Of a stretch of DNA of 64,000 bases, positions 54,943 through 64,000 are shown in pieces. The DNA lies in assembly GCF_006345805.1 (NCBI RefSeq), contig NC_042999.1:28272001-28336000 (forward strand). The letters run 5' to 3'. Origin of the DNA: Octopus sinensis (lineage: Eukaryota). Position 1 is the stretch's first letter. The number at the start of each line of letters is the position of its first letter. The translations under genes were made by a program, and so were the position numbers. Below the pieces are notes generated by a model, which saw only the letters and a program-made list of their open reading frames with translations, was not told the origin of the DNA and did no database searches.

Positions 54943-55661
54943 CTAGCTAAAGCCGGAAAGTGACAACAGAACACACACAACCCAACAAGAGTCGCCACAT
55001 ACTATTTGACCTACTAAAAATATCAACATCAATCAGCAAGTAGCTCGGATGGCATAGATCTATAATCAATTGTATTCCAGCCGATATATTATTCTAGACA
55101 TGGTATGTCTAGGATAATGTTATCCAATATAGTGAAACTAAATGATTTGAATAATTTTCTATACTAGAAAGTTGTGTTTCCAATTAGAGTCCTCACTCAT
55201 AGTCTGAAGTAATTAGTAATTATATTTTAACAGTTTACCGTCATTAATTCAAGACACAGACAATCATTATTTTACACAAATTCAGCTGTTTCAATACATT
55301 TATTAAATTCAGAGTTTTAATATGTGAAATATTTCCTACTTGTAATATTACGAAAACGTAGCATTGAAGACTGTGCAATAAAGAATGCTATTATAATGAT
55401 ACAATATTACAAACATTATTCATCATCTTTCTAAATAGTTTCACCTGTCGGCATATATATATATGATATTCAGCAGAAGTATTAATGAAGCTCATTTCAG
55501 AAAGACAATGCTTTCAATGATGAACGCAAATAATGGATCCAACCAGGTAACTTACGAAAGAGAAATACATTTTAAACTGCTGATTAAACTACTTTTAAAC
55601 GCCCGTATATATTGACATTTTGTCTATCTCTCTTTTGCTTTTCTCTATTTCAATAAATATA

Positions 55662-55694
<33 letters not shown>

Positions 55695-55929
55695 GTTTGT
55701 ATGTGTGTGTGCGGGCTTGCCGTGTGTTGTGCATATATATACATATATATATATACATGTATATATGTATACATATATACACACATATATATATACATAT
55801 AAATACATATATATATATATATATATTTACATATATATATACATACATATATATACATATACATATACATATATATATACATATACATATATATACACAC
55901 ACATATATATATACATATATATGCATAAA

Positions 55930-56354
55930 TACATATAAAGAGACGGATTGTTCAACGTCATCACCTCTGCCGGTCAAACTCCCAACACATGCATTTCCGT
56001 CGCAACACTGATTCTGCAGAACTGGGTTATGTGTGAAAACCAATTTTAAATTAAATATGTAGAATTTTTGAGTCAGTAATTTTGTGTTTAGTTAAGTCTT
56101 ATTTGTGGTGAAAAATCAATAGGCTGATTCCTTGTGGCTTTTTCCATTTAATCAGGATGAAAAATAGATAAACTGATTCGTTATCGGATTCCCCAATCGA
56201 ATTGTCTGCAACCCATTTTCAGCCAAACGTTTACCATTTTCAACGAATATTGCTCAAATATGATGTCGGTGTTACATAGTTTGGTTTGAAACACAGCGCT
56301 TCATTAGCTTAATAATCCTAACTTAATACCGGGCAACGCGAGCTATAGTTCTAG
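55930..56354 (+). mobile_element. Possible non-autonomous Helitron remnant
   Basis: Ends taccgggcaacgcgagctatagttCTAG|T (degenerate hairpin + CTAG before T); 5' boundary uncertain. Confidence 0.35.
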
Positions 56355-56367
56355 TATAATATATATA

Positions 56368-56409
<42 letters not shown>

Positions 56410-56433
56410 ATATATAATATATATATATTATAT

Positions 56434-56481
<48 letters not shown>

Positions 56482-56594
56482 TACATATATATAAATACGT
56501 ATATATATATATATATACGTATTTATATATATGTATCTATACGTATATATATATAGCTATATATATATACATATATATACATATATATATATAT

Positions 56595-56746
56595 GACGTA
56601 CTTCTTTCAGTTCCGTCTACCGAATGCTCGGAAGGGTTTGGTCGGCCCGAGGCTATAGTAGAAGTCGCTTGTCCAAGTGCCACGCAGTAGGACGGAACCC
56701 TGAACAATGTGGTTTGGATGCGAACTTCTTATCACATTGCCACACC
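56595..56746 (-). mobile_element. SINE family B 5' half, diverged
   Basis: cttctttcagttccgtctacc..ggtcggcccgaggctatagtagaag..tgccacgcag. Confidence 0.75.
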
Positions 56747-56800
<54 letters not shown>

Positions 56801-56803
<3 letters not shown>

Positions 56804-56925
56804 ACAACAATTAAGGAATGGCCTTAATAGGCCATTCGGCCCACTAGAAGAAGCAGCCAGGACTCAAACCGCTAAGTAGTAGTGGGCCGAATTGCCTATT
56901 AAGGCCATTCCTTAATTGTTGTTGA
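56801..56925. repeat. 125-bp hairpin (46-bp arms, 1 mismatch, 33-nt spacer) inserted in (TA)n
   Basis: 56801-56846 is the reverse complement of 56880-56925. Confidence 0.9.
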
Positions 56926-57016
56926 ATTTATATATATAGTCTTTGACTATTTTCTCTTTCCCACTAGACCGCTGGTAGCGATAAATTTCTATTGAATTTT
57001 TTGCTACCCTAAATTG

Positions 57017-57052
<36 letters not shown>

Positions 57053-57379
57053 TATTCTAGGGGTACTGAATAGTTATTGGCTTTGTGTAAAAGAAAATAC
57101 AGCAGGGTCTGTTAATTATCATATTATTGAACATATTCCTGTCTCAGCTTCACACTTATTGCAGTTTTTCTAACCCCTGTAAAAAGTACTATGTATGTTA
57201 GTCCTCCAGCCAAGCCTCTCTAGCCGCGATCAGTTCCGAACTGGAGTGAAATTTCGTTCCTGGAGATGTTTCTTCAGTTGCGGATATAGCTCAGTTGTAT
57301 GATGCCAAGTCAAGTGAGTTAGTTGTATTCCCTACCAATTCAAATCTGAAGATACCTATTTTCTCTAGATTATACTTCG

Positions 57380-58132
57380 ATTTCTAAATTTCGGTATGTG
57401 TTGAAGTAAATTTTTGCTGAACCCTAATTACAATTAAACTCATAATTAAAAAAAAATTGTTTAAGTTTACCGATAATGGTTCTTTTAACATACCGAATCA
57501 CTTGGTAAAATTATTAATTATTAATTACTTAATTAATTTTACCCTTTATTATTATTGATAATATAATTCTCTCCCTGATAGTAAATTACATTTTTTTTTC
57601 TGTTGAATTTTACTCATTAGCTCACGTGGGTAAGTGAGGAGGAATACGAGATCTCATTCGTCTGTTTGAATTTGGAAGTACTGGTCGTTAGATATATGTT
57701 GTCTGATGACGCCTGGTCAGATAAGTACTTTTAATTTTTGCAGAGCTCTCAAATTTAATATCTTGAATCACTGTACTGAAGAGGAGAATGATAGAGTGGA
57801 AATATGATTTTATATTTTTCACATCTCTCTAACTCCGAAACGCGTATACAGTTAATCAAAGTCGAGTGGATTCATTATCATTTTTCTTTTTACCGGCGTG
57901 GGTTGTTGAGTATTACTGTCTGGAAGATTTTCTTATGATAGTGAAATAGTTAGTTTTAACTGCTATTTCTAAATTTCGGTATGTGGTGAAGCAAATTTTT
58001 GCTGAAACTAAATTATAATTATACTAATAAGTATAAATTTTTTGTTTAAGTTTACCGATAACGGTTCTTTTAACGTAACGAACTACTTTGTAAAATTATT
58101 AATTATTAATTAATTAAATAATTTTACCCTTT
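57380..58132 (+). mobile_element. Hammerhead-containing cassette flanked by ~170-bp direct repeats (Penelope-like/retrozyme-like)
   Basis: Direct repeats 57380-57547 and 57960-58132 both ending ttaatt..ttaccctt; intact hammerhead at 57771-57851. Confidence 0.7.
57771..57851 (+). ncRNA. Intact minimal type-I hammerhead ribozyme
   Basis: ctgta-CTGAAGA-ggag[agagtggaaatat/atatttttcacatctct inner helix]ctcc-GAAACGCGT-A-tacag; predicted cleavage after A57846. Confidence 0.8.
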
Positions 58133-58150
58133 AACACACACACACACACA

Positions 58151-58201
<51 letters not shown>

Positions 58202-58911
58202 TAGACATGTATGCATTAGGCCTCATACTAATACTTTGAGTATAAGGGGGCAACTGTGTCTTATGCAGATATTGTACGTCCATAAAAATGTTACCTCCGG
58301 ACAAATACTAGACTTAATTTGCCTTTATAGAGTGAAGTGCATAATTATTAAGAATAACAACAGAGGAAGGACAATATTTAATTAATATTGCATAAACACT
58401 TGAAATGGAAAGAGTGCACTAACTCGATGGACTTTAACACTTCATCAAGTAAATAAGAGGAAAATAAATAACATGGTATAAGTGACAGTCAGAAATACAG
58501 AATGAATATAAGAAAGCAAATATGATTGGGATGCAGAAGTGGAAATATATGGGGAAATTTTAAGGAGAGTGAAACGGGTGGATAAGTTGATACCTATAAC
58601 AGTGTATATCAACGTGCAAGCGGACTAAAGAAGAAGCAGAGCTGTATTCTATGTATATGTGTATGTGAGTTTGAGTTATATGTATTTGTAGGTGAGCGCG
58701 AGGTTGGATGTATGATGCCTTATAGTGCACAGGACATTTTAGGGTGTGTAATCGATGTTTGGATTGTGTGAATATATTTATGTGAAAATTTGGAAGCCTG
58801 TATGTGTATATTTGTACATAAACTATTTGCTCCAGGATAAAGAAATCAGAAAAAAATACATGAGCAGGATACTGGCACATGGTTTTCTTTTAGTCTCTAG
58901 ACAATAACAGT

Positions 58912-59251
58912 GGAGGCGCAATGGCCCAGTGGTTAGGGCAGCGGACTCGCGGTTTATTGAGCAAAAACACCTAAAAAGCTCCACGAAGCTGCGGCAGGGG
59001 ATGGTGGTGATCCCTGCTGTACTCTTTCACCACAACTTTCTCTCACTCTTTCTTCCTGTTTCTGTTGTACCTGTATTTCAAAGGGCCGGCCTTGTCACTC
59101 TCTGTGTCACGCTGAATCTCCTCGAGAACTGCGTTAAGGGTACACGTGTCTGTTGAGTGCTCAGCCACTTACACGTTAATTTCACGAGCAGGCTGTTCCG
59201 TTGGTCGGATCAACCGGAATCCCCATCATCGTAACCGACGGAGTGCTTCCA
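58912..59251 (+). mobile_element. SINE family A with B-box deletion
   Basis: Head reads ggactcgcggtttattgagc, i.e. ~45 nt including the B box are missing. Confidence 0.9.
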
Positions 59252-59479
59252 TATTTGAACGTAATGAAAATTCATAGAAAATGAAGCTTGTTACACTCAA
59301 TCACACATATCCATACACACACATAAAACAAAGACTGATGAATGAACAACAAACGCTCAGTAAAAATTGAAGTAGTAATTGCTGTTTCGAGCCTAGTCTT
59401 CTAGAGAAAGGAATACGAAGAGAAAACAGATGGATAGTGGAAAGAAGAATAAAAAGATAAATCACCCTCTCTTAAAAGT

Positions 59480-60180
59480 AATAATAATATATTAATGAAA
59501 TTATTTTATACAGTGCTCAGGTGCACCACAACTTGTCAAATAGTGCGTATAAAGTATATGCAGTAGTGTACAAATGTCTGGAAAGCGAACAGTGTATGAG
59601 TCAGATACATGCTTGCGTGTGTATGGAGGGGAGAAAATAAGGTGTAGTGTTGACGAATCTCAGGAAGCATGGAAGTTTTGAAGGATGCAGTGCTCCAGCA
59701 ACTAACAACTGATGCCGGCAGTCTGTTCCATGCTTCAGCAACTCTTAGCATGAAAAAATGTTTCCGAAAGTCATGGGAGCTGTGCTGTTTTCTGACTTTG
59801 TAAACATGTCTACGGTGTTAGACAGGTGGAGTTTGAAAAGGTGCTCTGAGTTATTGTTTGTAAGATGGTTAATAGTTTCATGGGTGTCTGCCAAGTCAGC
59901 TGCCAGACGTCGGAGTTTCAATGTGTCCATGCCCAGGGTAGTAAGGCGTTCAGAATATGGCAAATGCCTGATGGAGGGTATTCTCTTGGTTGCACGTCAC
60001 TGAACGGCTTCCAGGCGATTAATATCCTGGGCAAGATAGGGTTTCCAGACCGGTGATGCAAATTCCAGGTGAGGTCGTACCATAGCTATTAATGTAGAGT
60101 TACTGCATGTTGGACTAACCGGAGGAGAGAAATTGGCTGGTGGCATGGAGGACAAGGGAGAGAACGGCGAGCTGGAAAAG
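59480..60180 (-). mobile_element. CR1-clade LINE 3' fragment
   Basis: IAMVRPHLEFASPVWKPYLAQDINRLEAVQ, PYSERLTTLGMDTLKLRRLAADL, RVAEAWNRLPASVV; (ATT)n-like tail. Confidence 0.88.
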
Positions 60181-60870
60181 ATGTGTGTGCAAAGGACTCT
60201 GTGTTGTGTGTGTGTGTGTGTGTGTGTGTATGCGTGCGTGTACATACGTGTGTATGGATGAACAGGTGTTTGTGTGATGTATGTGTGGGCAGGCATGTGT
60301 GCGAGTATGAAGATTATGTGAACGTTCGTATGTGTCTGCATGAAGACACGCGTGTGTATAGGTGTAAAAAACGTGTGATTGAAGAAATGTGTGTGTAATT
60401 ATGTGTGTGCGTGTGTGGCCCAGTATCTAACACATGTGGGCGTATGAAACTATTGTGAGTCTATGAGATGTGTGAGTGTGTGTTTGTGTGTGTTGGTGTG
60501 GGTGCATAAAAGGCATTGTGTGAGGATATACTGTGTGCGAGTGGCACGTGTGCATGCATGTGTATTCTTGTGTGACACAATTACATTCGTGTGTATATGT
60601 GAGATCTCGTCTGTGTGTGTCCCTCTTTTTAGTTGCAGCGCTTGTATGAAACTGTTGGACAAAGTGTGTGTCTATGAAGAGTATGTTCTATGCTTGTGCG
60701 TATATGCGTGTAAGGGTACTTGTGTGCGTGTATCTGAAGCAATCTGACAAATATCTGTGCTGTAGATTAATGCATGTGGGTCGGCTTGAATTGGCGTGTA
60801 AGGTGGAAAAGGGGCGACAAAGGACTTAGATGATGATAGATGTGGGTGCGTGACTATAAATTTACTACAA

Positions 60871-61103
60871 AAGGCGGCGAGCTGGCAGAAACGTTAGCAC
60901 GCCGGGCGAAATGCGTAGCCGTATTTCGTCTGCCGTTACGTTCCGAGTTCAAATTCCGCCGAGGTCGACTTTGCCTTTCATCCTTCCGGGATCAATAAAT
61001 TAAGTACCAGTTACGCACTGGGGACGATGTAATCGACTTAATCTGTTTGTCTGTCCTTGTTTGTCCCCTCTGTGTTTAGCCCCTTGTGGGTAGTAAAGAA
61101 ATA
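60871..61103 (+). mobile_element. SINE family C, full length
   Basis: Full match; diverged TSD-like tataaatttactaca / tataatcttgctaca. Confidence 0.92.
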
Positions 61104-61451
61104 TATAATCTTGCTACAGTACGTGCAGGGATGGAGGCGGACGTGTGGGTGTTGGTGTGTGTGTGTAGTGGGAAAATAAATATGTGTGTGTGCATGTCTG
61201 TATGTTATTGATTGGAGTGAGAATGAGTGTGTATGTGCGCGCGTGTGTGTGTGAGCATGCCATAGTTGTATTTATACTCTATGGTATAGTAGTGTGTGTG
61301 TGTTGTACGTAATGAATTAAACGTTGTACAAGAGTTGAGTCGGTGTACAGGAGGTGGGAAGAACAAGAGATTAGAGATATGGGGTGTGTGGATGTATGAT
61401 GAAAAGAGATAGAGAACTGAGACCTTATGGAGTGAAATGTAGAGAAGGAAC

Positions 61452-61528
61452 GGGCATATGGCGTAGTGGTTAAGAGCACCGGCTACTAACCCCAAGATTC
61501 CGTCTTCGATTCCAGGCAGTGACCTGAA

Positions 61529-61577
<49 letters not shown>

Positions 61578-61587
61578 GCTACTGCTG

Positions 61588-61619
<32 letters not shown>

Positions 61620-61623
61620 GCTG

Positions 61624-61666
<43 letters not shown>

Positions 61667-61821
61667 AACATCGATAAATACCTTATGAATGAGAACCCAG
61701 TTTCGAAATTTTCCCCACGACACCTGATGAAGGCTGGGGGGTATATCATCCGAAACGTTGTGTTAACAACAAACAAGAAGAGGACACATACCCGTCAAAT
61801 GTAAATAATTTACATAAATAA
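61452..61821 (+). mobile_element. Hammerhead-bearing SINE family H, full length
   Basis: A box tggcgtagtgg, B-box-like ttcgattcc, (CTA)n spacer, hammerhead 61719-61764 (gacac-CTGATGA-a-ggctg..catcc-GAAACGTT-gtgtt), tgtaaataa tail. Confidence 0.88.
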
Positions 61822-62830
61822 TTGTTCACGAAGGAGGCGATATCCGGTTGGTCTCTGTGAAAGGCCAGTCCGAACACAGACATATGTTACAGAAAATGAC
61901 CAAACAAACGGATATAATGTGAAACTGGGATGTCATTCCTAAGTCTGATATCTCAAAGAGGTTCGGCAAACTGATCAATTTAAGCGCCGGCCAATTTAGC
62001 CAATGTACAAGGAGTGGCAGATGGAGCAGATAAAAGTGCTGGAGGTGCAGGTAATTGAGCTAGGGGACGGCGTTGTGTGCTGGTGAGGATAGTGGTGTTG
62101 GAGAGGAAAAGACTGGTACAACAGCCCAAGTGGAAATAAGGGTTAGGAGCCAGGTTAAGGGAAATAAGTTGGGTAGACGTTCCGGAGCAGAAGGTCGCAT
62201 AGTTTGCGGGAACTTTTGAGGAGGGAAAGGGTGAGTTAGTGAAGATGTGGGAAGTGGAGGGGTTAGATGTGAGTCAGCTAAAAGTATGTGGTACGGTGGG
62301 AGGGTGTTAGGTAGGGATAGAGAGGTGAGTAAACATGGTGCAGGCGCAGGGAGAGGGAATGAATGCACGGTCAACAGACGGCATGAACAAGGGCCGTTTA
62401 GGTAACAGTGGGGAGGGGAATGTATCCCGTTGGGTAAAATGACGAGCATTGAGTTGAAACAGTCTGGAGGTCATGATCGCCACTTGAGTGCCGGCGGTGG
62501 CAGACGAACTAAGAGTAAAGGATAGACAGTGTAGCGGTGAGGGTGGAGTGGGAGTAGTAGTGGAGGGGAGAATATGTGATACTCTAATGGATGGAGGTTG
62601 TAAAAGAGGAGTGCTGCATGTAACGAAAATATCAATAAAGTTGAGAGAGTTGTTGGAGACAACAGGAAACTCCAAGAGCTTGGTGAAAGGATCCGGTGAA
62701 AGGTATGAAGGATGTAAATCGTTCACAAGTGAGTAAGATCACGCCGATACGGTCGTCTATGTAACAACCGTATATTTCGGGACTGGGTACCGTGAAGTCA
62801 GAGAAAAATTGGGCCGCAATATTGCAGATG
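61822..62830 (-). mobile_element. Penelope-like element fragment (RT C-terminus + GIY-YIG), decayed
   Basis: Minus translations YGCYIDD.IG..FTSFI.F..SFHQAL, TSIH, LSI, and TCTSS..ICSICHSLYIG*IGRRLN...RLLREQ. Confidence 0.75.
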
Positions 62831-63029
62831 AATAAGTTCACGACATATAGTAATGTATATATATAAGTATGTATGTACATATGTCTATGTAATATATATA
62901 TATATATATTACTAATTATCTTTTTTTAATAATTTTGATATATATCTAAAATAATATAAATTAATTAATCTTATGTATTGGCTTAAGTTTTTCATTGTAT
63001 GATTGGCCTAATAGTGGGTTTATCTCTAA

Positions 63030-63071
<42 letters not shown>

Positions 63072-63584
63072 ATATATATATATTATGTGTGTGTGTGTGT
63101 GGTGTGTGTGTGTGTGTGTGTGGTGTGTGTGTGTGTATGAGAAATTTGTTAGAAAAAGAAATATAAAATACACGTGGAAATGTAAGGGAAAAATAAGAAA
63201 AATCAACGAAAATGCACATTGTAAATAGAAAAAAGAAAAGGCTTTTTATGAAAGGTTACGACAAATATATACATTTAGATAGACTGAGGTAGTAATAAAA
63301 GTCATAAAAGTCATTATTATGAGATGATTAAAAAGTCAGAAAACAAAGCATACCATGGTTTCGTCAAAAGCTATTCATTGCTTTGAATAAACACCGGCTA
63401 ATAAACGGTGTCAGGTCTAATAGTTCCTGAGAGAAAAGAATATTTGTAAGGGAGGTAAGGGATATAGAACAGATATATTTAGATATAGGATATTAGATAT
63501 AGGATTTAGATATAAGGGGATATAGAATAGATTCTTTTATATTTAGATATAGAAGGTAAATATATATATATATATAGAATATAG

Positions 63585-63617
<33 letters not shown>

Positions 63618-64000
63618 AAATACAGGGAGAATTCCACAAAAAAAAGACGATAAATAGTTATACACACACACACACACAAACACACTTATATATGCATATA
63701 TTGTGATAGTAGATTTCAAATCGCATAAAGCTATTAATAATAGCCTGTAAATATTGGGTAGAAAAAAAAACCCTTAAAAAAAAAAACAGAAAAAATATCG
63801 TAGGTTGACAATGGAACTAGAACTTTCATCTCTTAACTTAAATAGTATGTACACACACACATATACACACGCAAACTTTTGTAAGTGTATTTGATTGACG
63901 GAACCTGAAAGAAGTTCGTCGTTTGTATGTATGTATGTATGTATGTATGTATGTATGTATGTATGTATGTATATATTATATATATATATATTATATATAT

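Noticed and set aside
59370-59410. Possible hammerhead remnant (ctagaaga..ggctcgaaacagc) on the minus strand
   Set aside because: Core and stem III too degenerate to distinguish from chance
63340-63420. Hammerhead-like GAAACCAUGGUA on the minus strand
   Set aside because: No CUGANGA core (CTGACAC) and no stem I pairing

Overview
AT-rich, microsatellite-saturated eukaryotic DNA, most likely an intron or intergenic stretch of a coleoid cephalopod (octopus-like) genome. This is inferred from the SINE repertoire and repeat content, not from a database search. I found no supportable host protein-coding gene; nearly all ORFs in the track are translations of simple repeats or decayed transposon pieces. 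The window is a transposon graveyard. It contains several tRNA-headed SINE families (here called A, A2, B, C, H), many with target-site duplications, and three Tc1/mariner relics (two DD37D-type, one internally deleted mariner). It also holds three Merlin-like MITEs carrying TTAGGG-like tracts, a 1.7-kb foldback element, Helitron-like remnants, Tx1/L1, CR1 and RTE LINE fragments, and two decayed Penelope-like elements (RT + GIY-YIG). The most striking signal is about 11 minimal type-I hammerhead-ribozyme motifs with palindromic stem III. They include a tRNA-headed SINE family carrying a hammerhead in its 3' part, direct-repeat cassettes in which a hammerhead precedes a shared ~170-bp terminal module, and a recurrent CCGAYGA core variant.
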